Origin: Antedon mediterranea
Taxonomy: Eukaryota; Animalia; Echinodermata
Direction: 5' to 3'
NCBI RefSeq assembly: GCF_964355755.1
Contig: NC_092677.1
Location: 19,986,101 to 20,050,100 of the forward strand
DNA length: 64,000 nt
Shown: one piece after another, positions 38,401-50,400 of the stretch
How the letters are laid out: each line of letters begins with the position of its first letter
How positions within the stretch are numbered: the first letter of the stretch is position 1
Program-made: the position numbers and the translations under genes
The notes under the pieces: generated by a model
Told to the model about the DNA's origin: nothing
What the model saw: only the letters and a program-made list of their open reading frames with translations
The model's database searches: none

Positions 38401-41400
38401 AAAAAAAAAAAAAAAATTGAACATCATATTCAAAGCCCTATATCTTAAAAATTGGTTTTAAACCATTATAAGTAGATTTATATAATAATAATAATAAACA
38501 GTATTTATATAGCGCCTAATGGATCACTGACCCCTCTAGGTGCTTTACATAGGACCTTAACTAATGGTAATAAACTATCCCCCGCCGGACACCATTCCGG
38601 TATTTCTAAGTCAAGGTTTCGAGATGGAGACAATCAATAATGTGAAAAAAAAAAATGTAACTATGCTTAACTATGCTAAGGTAAAACTATCCCCCGCCGG
38701 ACACCATCCCGGTATATACATATTAACCATAATAAATCTAAAGTAAAAGGTGTTATGTTATTACTGAGGCTTAAATGACATTTATCCTGCATTGTACATC
38801 TTTTCTAAAACTTGAAATGTTGTTGAAATTGATCAAACATAGTTTTCAAATACAGTAATGAAGCTTCGCTGTAAACTTAACTGGCAATTTCCAAATGTAT
38901 GTATGGCTGTATGTGTATACCGCAGTATTAAACCACACAAAACAAATGAATACACACACATTGATTTATGTAGTCAATACAATTCATAACCTGATAATTA
39001 TAATTGATAATTGAAACTTGTCACAAATAAAAATTAGCTTATTGTCACGGTTAATTAAAATACCATCTATTGTTCCCAACAAATATATATTTCCCAACAA
39101 ATTTCAAATAGTACCATACTAAACACACACAAAGTACATAGCTTATACTTATAGTGCCTAGTTATTTCTTTTGAGACTATATAGATAATGTTTTAGGCTA
39201 AATAGCAACCATCAAGAAAAGAAATAAAAATCTGCTTACGAATTTAAAATCAACACAAAAAAGTGCACATGGTGGTAGCCAAAATTAGATGATGCGCACA
39301 GACACTAACAAAAGTATAAAATACCAAACTATATATTTTGGGTGTTTTTCGTGATGTTTTATTTGATATTTTGATGTTTTTTTGTGTGAGAGCTTTGTTT
39401 TTAACTATTCTCAGAAATAGTATATACCTATGAAAAAGTGGAAAAACACATTTTTAATTAATTGTTCTCCGTAAGTGTGGTGGTATACATGGTAAGTTGC
39501 TTTCAAGTTCAACAATATATCATCGAACCATTTGGATTTGTTTTGTTTATGTGTCAGTGTTTATTTTATTTATTTACATTTGTTTTTATTTCAATAGTTT
39601 CGTAATTTTGCATTTTTTTTGTGGGAGATTTGTTACTTATTTGTTACTTTTTGTAATTAAATTTTTGTATAGTTTTAATTTTTTTTGCTTTACACTGTCA
39701 TATTCATTATTTACACATTTTGCAGATTCCAACTCGACTGTACTAAGCATTGACATCAATGGCCACAGCATTTTACTCACTGAGCTAAGTGATTTATGAA
39801 ATACATTATTTTTCAGGAATACATGTAATTAATTCAGACGAGACTGAGACGTTGAGCAGTACAGACGTGCTTAACGCGAGCTCTCTAGGCCCGCTTATTG
39901 ACTCGCAAGTTCCTATGTGCCAGGCGGGTTTGGCCTGCCTTGATCCACCTATTTATGCTGGTCACACCCGGGCCTGGGCATATTGACACATAGTTGGAAC
40001 TAAGCACTTCATGTTGAACCTAGCTCTTAATATTCCTGCATTGCTGTGGTTTACAAGCCTGTGGTAGGCACGGTACTGAATATTATTCGTTTTTGGAAAA
40101 ACGACTACGCAATGGCTACGCCAGCTACCATGAAACGTACCATGCATTCCATTGTGTTGCGTTTAGGTTTGTTCTTTATTTTCATCATGTGCAATATTAC
40201 TGAGCATATTTGGATTTGTGATCATGGATTTTGTACCGATAGTGAACAATTTGTATGTGCGTGTTTTGGTCAATGCAATGTTAGCTTTTGTTCGCAAAAC
40301 CACGATGTATCGGCAAAAATTGCTGAAGTCCCGGCTCAACGAGTGTTACCGGTTGCCAAACCTACTAGTTCAGGTACCGTAACCAGTAAGTCATCATCTG
40401 GTAGGAAGCTAGCCAGTGCTTGTGCTAGTAGGCCTACTACACCAAGTGAATCATCCTTTCCTACACCAAAGGATGGGTTAGTAGATGCTGTTGGCTACAG
40501 GATGGTAGATTTGAACTGTTTTTCAGAAGTTGTATCAAAGTACATGAAATGTCCACTGTGCAAGTGCAAGCTACGATTACGTGAGAAGTCTAATTTACAG
40601 CGAGGGTTTGCTTCAAAACTAATCGTCATCTGTCTGAATCAACTCTGTTACTTTACTGACGATTTCAGCACGTCATCAAAAATACCGAAACTCACAAAAG
40701 TCAAAGGTGATGACGCCTATGAAGTCAACCGTAGAGCTACCATGGCTTTCCGTGAGATTGGAAAAGGCCATAGTGCTATGGTAAGATTTTGTGCTGTAAT
40801 GAACATGCCCCCACCACTAAATGCCACATCTGTGAGTGATCATAATGAGGCATTGAAAGATGCCTATGTTGCTGAAGCAGAGAGTAGTATGGTAAAAGCC
40901 GCAGACCAAGTATGTGAACAATGGTCAGATGAATGTGGAGTCAGTGTGGACGGCATTTGGCAGCGAAGGGGACGCAGTTCATTGAATGGTGTCGTCGTTG
41001 CTATTGAGATCAAAACTGGCAAGATAATGGACTATGAGATCCTCAGTAAGCATTGCAAAGGATGTCAGATATGGGAAAAAGAGGACACATCACCTAGATA
41101 CATACGTTGGAAGGCAAACCACAAATGCAAGATAAATCATATCGGTTCAGCTGGAAGTATGGAACCAGCTGGGGCACGCCGCATATGGAGCAGAAGCATG
41201 GCAACCCAAAAACTAAAGTACACTTCATATATTGGTGATGGGGACACAAAGTCATTTTCACCAGCCTTATGGGACAATACCAATAGTAAAGAAGGAATGC
41301 GTCGGTCATATTCAAAAGCATGTGGGCGGAAGAATTCGAAAGCTGAAACAAAAACTTGGCAAAACAAAACTGAGTGATGGTGGTGGGATAGGTGGAAAGG

Positions 41401-44400
41401 GGAGGCTCACCCAGCAGAAAGTTGATACACTACAGAACTATTTCGGCATTGCGATACGGGGAAACAAAGGCGACAGAGCTGGCATGAAACGCAACATCTG
41501 GGCATCATTGTACCATGTGGCGTCAACAAAGAAAAAACCTCGTCACCATAAGTGCCCAACAGGAGCTGATAGCTGGTGTATGTACAATCGGGATGTTGCC
41601 AATGGTATCAATGTATACAAGCACACTAATGGTATCCCTAAAGCAATTATTAAGGTTTTAAAACCAATATACAAAGATCTTACAAAAGGCGAATTGCTAA
41701 ATCGCTGTCTTGATTGTTATACACAAAACAGTAACGAGTCCTTCAATGGCACAATTTGGCAACAGGTTCCGAAGGAAGTGTATGTGGGTGCTATGGTCAT
41801 GGATATTGGTGTGGCAAGTGCTGTTATTTCATTCAATGATGGCATGCAGGGATTACTGGCAGTACCTACAAGGCAAAACATTTGCCCTGGTAAATATACC
41901 ACAAATGCTCTCAACATGATCGACAAATCAAGAATAAGATGTGCCGACCGACAAATGCTGGAGTCAACACGCAAACGAAGGAAGACAATAAGAAGGATAA
42001 AAAAGGGTTATGAAGACAAACATGAACAGCAGGAGGGTGTAATCTACGAATCAGGCTTGGGGGATTAATTACATGAAAGGTGATTAGCTACATTAAAGGC
42101 GCAATTGAATTAAGGACCGAAAAATGTATAAACTTTCGCATTTGTAAATTTAGATACGAGTTTCAATGTTTTTCGGATTTTGAAAAAATGTAGAAGTAGA
42201 ACTACACCCCCTACAGACTTGAAAATTTGCAGAAATGCTCCTTAGAGTGTGCTCTATTTAATGGCCTCAAAATAAATAATATAGGTAGTACCAGACTTTT
42301 CACATGACATTTCTTGAGATTTTGGTTTTCACAATATGAGATATTTGTCCATAGTTTATCACATACCCCCCTAAATAATATATAGTATGTATGTAGGCCA
42401 TTGGATAGATCTTGGGAAGAGCTTTAATTTGACATCTCAATCAACTATGTATGATAGTTGGTTGAAGCGCTACATTATTTTGAAAATTATGCAATCAACG
42501 CTAATTAATTATTCAAATTAGCTAGTGCATATTTTTTTTTTTAATGAAAATGCATATGTTACTGTATGTTACTTGTGTGGATATAGTATGAAGTTAAATA
42601 AAATATTGTTTAATACAGTTTGGTTAAACTAGCACACCTGAACAGATATCTAGCCAACAACCGGATGCAGATTTTCTTGTGCTTGGCGATTTTAACTTTT
42701 CTAATATTTTATGGACTCAATTTCCATCCTCATCAAACAATAATGAACAGATTTTCTTGGACTCTATTTTTAATCCTTTTTCTTTTTATCAATGTAACAA
42801 AGAACCTACTTGTAATGGTAATATTTTAGACTTGATATTATGTAATAAGGATATTTCAAGTAGTGTATTTTACTGTAATGATATTTTTAATTCTGATCAT
42901 TCGTCTTTAACTTGTTCTTACTCGTTTTACTCTGGTACTTCTGCACGAAATGTTAAGAATTCTCAATATTTTCATAATTTTAAGAAGTTAAATCATGCTG
43001 ACTTAATTGAAACTCTAAATCGAGTTCCTTGGAACCTTTTAGACTTGTGCAATAATGTTGATGATTCAGTTGACCTATTTTATGATTTAGTTTTAGCTAT
43101 CGTTCGTGATCTTGTTCCAATGTATAAACCACACAGGAAGCTACCTCCATGGTTCGATGCATGACTACTTGCTAGTCTTAAGGCTAAAGAAAAATCCTTT
43201 AAACAAAAGAAGAATCATCCTTCTGACTTCTATATTGTTCTATTCAAAGTAGCCCGGACCAATTTAAAAAAACTCTGTCGAAGCAAGTATTATTCATTGC
43301 TAATGAAATGCAAAATAACAACAACAAATTTTGGTCTTGGATGAAGAAGTCTTATAAATCAAATGCCTCTCAGCCTTCAGCATTGAATCATGGAGGTTCT
43401 TCAGTGTATTCATCTAAGGAAAAAGCTAAAATGTTTAATAAGTATTTCCACTCTATTTTTTAAAACTGATGGTACTGGTTCATCTGCTGATCTTCCCCCT
43501 CTTCCTGACTACCCTATTGGTAAACTCTGTTCTATCCCCATTGTCAGAATTGAAGTCGCTGACCTTCTTAATTCTATTGATACTCGTAAAGCCCCGGGTA
43601 ATGATCTTATACATAACAACATCCTCAAGCTTGGTGCTAACCCCTTCTTACCCTTTAAGTCATATTTGTTCTCAATCCTTATTTGATGGTATTTTTCCCT
43701 CTCTTTGGAAAAGGGCTGATTCCTGATCATTGTGAATAGGAATAATATCAGCGGCTGATATTATTCCTATTCACAAGGGGGCCTCTAATTATTTAGTTTG
43801 TAACTACCGCCCTATTTCTTTACTGATCCTACTCTTTCCAAAATTGTTGAACGCTTAATTTATCGTCATGTCTTTACTCATGTTTCTCCTGTTCTTAGCC
43901 CCTTCCAACATGGTTTCTACCCCAAGACCTTGTCTCACTAATCTTTCCTCTCTTTTACCTTATGCCTACTCTGCTATCAAGAGTAAATCTCAACTCGATG
44001 TTATTTACACAGATTTTTTAAAAGCCTTTGACCTCGTCTCCCATTTTATCAGGAGTCCCCCGGGGCTCCATCCTTGGCCCCCCTCTTATTTAATATCTTT
44101 ATCAATGACCTCCCTTCTAATCTTTCTTCTTCTTGCTTACTTTTTGCGTATGATCTTAAACTCTTTAATACTATCAATGGCCCTAATGATACTGTTTTCC
44201 TTCAAGATGATCTTTGTACTCTCTTCAGATGGACCCCCACCTGGAAGCTGAGTTTAAATTTACCAAAATGCAACTTAAATAATGACGATTACTAAGAAAA
44301 GACAATTTATCCAATATGAATACAGCATTAATAATCATGTTCTGGAAAGAATTGACCATCAAAAAGATCTTGGTATTATTATCGACTGTAACTTAAATTT

Positions 44401-47400
44401 TATTCCTCAAGTTGATGCTGCTGTTAGCAAAGCAAATAGAGTGTTGGGCATGATTCGTCGAAATTGCTGGTGTTTTAAAAATTCTAATACTTTAATTCAT
44501 TTATATGTTTCTCTTGTCCGTCCCCATCTTGAATACTGTAGTGTTGTGTCTAATTCGTTTTCGTCTATTCATAGTACTTCAAAGAGTCCAAGATCGTTTT
44601 GTGTATTCTACTTGTCATTGCCCTAGTTTATCCATCTCTCTCCCTTCTCTTGTCTCTCGTCGTTCCATGTTTGATCTTCAGTTTTTGTATAAGTGTATGA
44701 ATTCTCGTTTCAATTTTAATTTTATCTCCTTGTTTTCCTTTCATGTTAAAGCTGTTGGTTGTCATACTCATAATTCTAAATGTAATCTCTTGTATGAGGG
44801 TACGTTTATTGTAAATACATAATATCAAAATAACGCTTAAAAAAGAACGACGTTTCGACTTCATCATGGGGTCATTATCAAGTCCAATGAATAAATATAA
44901 AACAACTAATTAAATAGCACAAGCCAAGGGTCAAAGTTTAAATAACAAAAGACCTATTGTCTAACATCCTGTCAAATGAAAAGCTTAGCTTTTACAGAGT
45001 CACTTTGTTTATTCAGACTAGGTTTTAATTGTCTGATATGTACAACATTTCATAGATAAGACAGTCAAATTTGTTTTTGCATTTCCTAAGTATACTAAAA
45101 CATGAATTAATTTTACTTGGATTACAATCACGTTATGATCCTTTAAATGCTGTCCTATTAAGCATCTACTATGTTCAACAATGCGTTGGTAGAGGTGTCG
45201 GCATGTATATCCAAAAACTTGCATCGCACAAGTCACATTTAAATTTATACACAACACATTGTTGACTTATAATAGTTGGTTTCTTTTCGACTTTCCTAAT
45301 GTTATCTTTAACTTTTTTACTTACTGTATGAATACAGGGACAATGTTTTTGTTTATCTTGTGACTAGTTGGCATAGTTGTCGCTTGACGGAGTTCGCAGA
45401 TTTCTGGTCTTTGAATGGCAGGATGATTCGCACTGGTATTTCGGATAAATCTGTTTCACCTTCTGCAGTGTTTTTATTGCTCTCTGCTGGTTTAAAGTTC
45501 TGTATGGTTGTTGTTATTAGTTCATCTGGATATTTCAGACGCTTAAAAATCTTCCTTAGAATTTCACATTCATCATTAAAAAGCTGGTGGGTCGACGATA
45601 GTAAGCCCGATTTAACATAGTTATAATAAGTAACCTTTTATACTTGTTGTTGTCAACGTGACTATTATAGTGTAGCAATAAGCCTGTGTCTGTTGGCTTT
45701 CTATAAACCCGTGTGTGCAATTTTTCCAAATCTTTGGTTATCAGCATTCCTAGGAATGGAATTGTTCACGTATTGCAGTGTTAATGTTACTAAGAATGGA
45801 TTTATCTCGCATATTTGTCTTGTACCATTCAGAGGTTTCAGAGGAGACATGTATCTGAGACAAAAATATCCTCCATGAGGATTTAAATACAGTAAAAATT
45901 TTGATCAGGTTAGCTACTAAAAGGATCCATATGTTATGTTATTAAATTTACACTAAAAAAAATTTTTCAGTTACATTAATTGATTGCATCGTTTTTTCTC
46001 GCTGATATTAAACCTATGTGTCATTATCAAACTAAAATACTCAATGCATGAATATAAAGACTATGGTAACCTATAAAAAATCACACTTTTTGCAGCTTCC
46101 TCAATAAAAACCTATTTAAGATTACTATACCAAATTTCATATGCTGTTTACCAACCCTCTCAAGAAATATAAACTCGGTATGTGAATTATTTATAAAGAT
46201 ACTGCATCTCAAAAATTCCCAAAAGTCTAAAATTGATTATTATAATAATCTAAATTTGTCAGTTTTTGTAGTAAAGGGCTATTTGCTCGAAATCGACTGG
46301 ATATTTTGTGGGTAACATATTTTATTTCCAATATCAACTTTCAAAATGTAGACCCCAACGTCGAAACAAAATCCATTTTCTAGTCCTTTTTTCACCTACT
46401 CTGTATAGGCTATGGACACGATGAAACACCATATTTTGCCACGTTACACTTGTTTCCAAATTTCCTATGCATGCTACATCGAGCACAATCTCGCTAATTA
46501 CAGAATGTTTTATAATTTATCATGCTTATAAACTTTTCATTTGAGGTTTAGGGAGTGGAGTTACAACCATGGCACTAGGTCAGGATTGAACCCTGGACCT
46601 TGGGATTAGAAGGCAAGCATGTTAACCACAAAGCTACAGCTTTACTCCACTTATGTCAAACTAGTTTGATTGTAGCATAGAGATATTATATCACTATAAT
46701 ATCTCTATGATTGTAGACAGAGCTTTTATTATCAAATAAAACACAAGCTGTGTCAAATATTGAAATATTAATGTGAATCTCAACAGAACAAAATCAAATA
46801 AAACACTGAATTGGGAATCTGTTGCTAAGAATCTCAATAAAGCAGAATCAAATAAAACACTGAATTGGGAATCGGTTGCTATTTATATGAATCCCAACAG
46901 AGTAGAATCAAATAAAACACTGAATTAGGAATTTATTGCTATGAATCTCAACAGAACAAAATCAAATAAAACACTGAATTGGGAATATGTTGCTATGAAT
47001 CTCAACAACAGTCAAATCAAACACTGAAGTGGGAATCTGTTGCTATGAATTTCAATAAAGCAGAATCAAATAAAACACTGATTTGGGAATCGGTTGCTAT
47101 TTATATGAATCCCAACAGAATAGAATCAAATAAAACACTGATTTGGGAATCTGTTGCTATGAATCCCAACAAAGCAGAATCAAATAAAACACTGATTTGG
47201 GAATCTGTTGCTATGAATCTCAACAAAGCAGAATCAAATAAAACACTGATTTGGGAATCTGTTGCTATGAATCTCAACAAAGCAGAATCAAATAAAACAC
47301 TGAATTGGGAATATGTTGCTATGAATCTCAACAAAGCAGAATTAAATAAAACACTGAATTGGGAATATGTTGCTATGAATCTCAACAGAACAGTCAAATA

Positions 47401-50400
47401 AAACACTGAAGTGGGAATCTGTTGCTATGAATTTCAATAAAGCAGAATCAAATAAAACACTGAAGTGGGAATCTGTTGCTATGAATCTCAACAGAACAGT
47501 CAAATAAAACACGGAAGTGGGAATCTGTTGCTATGAATCTCAAAAGAATAATATAAAATACAACACTGAAGTGGGAATCTGTTGCTATGAATCTCAAAAG
47601 AATAATATAAAATACAACACTGAATTGGGAATCTGTTGCTATGAATCTGAACAGAAAAATATAAAATAAAACACTAATCGGGAAAATTGATGTGAATCTC
47701 AACATGAAGAAATGTATCATCTATTAATAAATGATTAGGTTCCTATTCATTCAATATACCTGGACACTCTAATAGGTCCATACAGGTCTGATGTTGTCTG
47801 TTACTTTCCAGGTCATCAATGTTAGGGCAGTCATTTCCTCCTCCTGATGGTGTTGGATCTGTACAAGTCCGTTCACGTGTTTGATTGCCAAAGCCACAAC
47901 TGACAGAACATGGAGTCCAGGTAGTCCACTGTGCCCAGTTACCATGTTCTGAAAGAAATTCATTTTTGCACTATGAATTACTAAAATCAATCAATGAAAA
48001 CCTATGACATTTTTGCTGAATATGTTTATTGCACATGTTTGTTTAATGGAGTAACTACTGCGCTATGACATCTAGTTTTGATTAGACATAATGCAATAGA
48101 ATTATTTAAATTGTATTTTGGTATTTATCCATACACATATACCGTATGTGTAAAGATTATTTCTTATGATTTTGTACTATTGAATACATTATATATTTCA
48201 ATAATTTATAACAATGTCATTTCCAAAAAAGTAAAAACCTATTATATCTTTTTGCACCTTTACAAAGATACCACTTACGAACACATCCTTGTACATTACA
48301 TGACTCTGTTGCAGAACTACTGTCTTCACAGTCAGATCCTCCATGCTGTGGTACAGGGTTATTGCATGTCCTAGTGCGAGATCGAAGGCCACCATTACAT
48401 GACTTGCTACAAGTATTCCAATGATTCCACTCTGACCAACCACCATGAACTAAAAGTAAACATTTTAAAATTTATATTTTTTTATAGAGAAATGCCATTC
48501 AGTTTTTGCATAACTTAATTTTATATTGTTTAGTATATAATTTACCTGCACAAGCATTAGTATTGCAAATTTCTGATTCTTCTGAGAGGTCTACAGCAGG
48601 ACAATCTAAACCTCCATAGTCTGGAGGTGGATCACTACAAGTTCTTGTCCTCACTCTTGAACCGCCCCCACATGTAGCTGAACAATCTCCAAAGTCAGTC
48701 CATTCACTCCAGGAACCATTAATAGGACATGGAGGCATTGTACATACTTGATCAATGCTTGGATCACCTACACAATAATCACCACCATACTTTGGTGCAG
48801 GACTGTCACATTCGCGAAATCGAGTAAATACTCCTTCTCCACAAGTGACAAGACAGTCAGACCAGGTTCCCCAATTTCCCCATTGACCATGAACAGGAGC
48901 TGAAATCAAATTAATAATCATTTAATAAAGAAAATGTACATTAATTAAAAGCTGTCTAATGGTCTGCATCTACTTTAAAAAAATGATGACTTTTTTTTGG
49001 GATAAATAATGACTTTTAACCACAAACCAATCACCAGGAACTAAAATAATATATATACCTAGCCATATATATTAAAAATAAATTACCACACTGTACATCC
49101 TGGAATAATATAATCCAATATAAAAACATACATTTTAATATTAATATTTTCAAATACGGCCATAAAAAATTAACTTTCTGTGTTCTGATTTGGGGTGGGG
49201 GTTCCTCTTCCAACAAAGAACAACAAAAGAAGTAATATGTCAAGCAACATGGACTAGAGTGGACAATAACAAGCAAGAAACATTATGTATGTCTAACAGG
49301 GAATCAGTTTGATAGATACATATTTCGTAATGAAAAATAAAGATAGCACAGAATTAAAAGACACAAATATTCCATGCATACTGACAAGCTACCCATCACA
49401 CTTACGTATGACATAAACATGGAAATATTCTATTCTATAGTATGGAAGCCATTCGAGTACTTTGCGTTCATCATTTCTTACGAGTTCACGATCTATATCC
49501 TGGTAGTAGAAATAACCAGTATCAGTATGCTGAAGTCTTCCTCGCCATCTGCAAGAAGTTTTTTAAATGGATGATTGTCAATATGCATTTAATTTGTATT
49601 AGAAGTATCAGAATTGTTGTTTTCTATATTCAACTGTTATTGAAATATTGTGAATAACTATATGGTACCAGTGCATTAAAAATTTCAGACAACAGTATGT
49701 AATAAAATTCAGTCTTTTTAGCAAAACAAAGTTGCATTTAATTTCATCAGGTGTTACAAAAACAGAGACCAGGGACCCAATACCCTCACTAAAACTTTTT
49801 AATATTGCATACAGTATTTTTGGTTACTTTGGGAGCTCATCAGGATTCTAATGGGATATATTTTTCATATTATAGTTTTTGGAAACTATTTGTTATGTTG
49901 GTTCACAGGCCCGTATGCAGCATTTATAATGGGGGGGGTGCGAGCGAAGCGAGCAACAATGGCTGGGGGCCAGGGGGGCCGCCAAGGGCCCCCGGTCAGG
50001 GTCCAGGGGCCGAAGGCCCTGGCAAAATTTGCGTTATTTGACGTTCTAAAGACTGATTTAAGACTCTCTGTTGTGGCTTGGGCTAGTTGAACGATGGACA
50101 CCAGAACTTAACGCTTTCATGATGAGGCCAACTCAGACAGCGTCGTACGACACTGTCTGAGTTGGCCTTCCCTTGTTTAGGCGCCGTATTCGATATAGTG
50201 TCTGTATTTCCAGACACGTCTTTACCGCCGGTTAAGTTGTCTGTATTTCCAGCAAACACTTTACCGCGTACCGCGTACATGAAGCGCTAAGCTATTGCTA
50301 GTCGTCACATGATTGACTGCGCATGTTTTACATCGAGTTTGTAGTCAGTTCAGATTCCGTAATTTAATTACCGGTATTTTTTCATTTTATATTAGCATAT

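Noticed and set aside
41232-41377. Programmed ribosomal frameshift in the transposase
   Set aside because: No slippery heptamer is evident and several residues expected between KSF and PYG are missing, so a deletion is the simpler explanation.
46731-47702. Possible CRISPR array or repeat protein
   Set aside because: Units are head-to-tail with no unique spacers, there are no cas genes, and the context is a eukaryotic intron.
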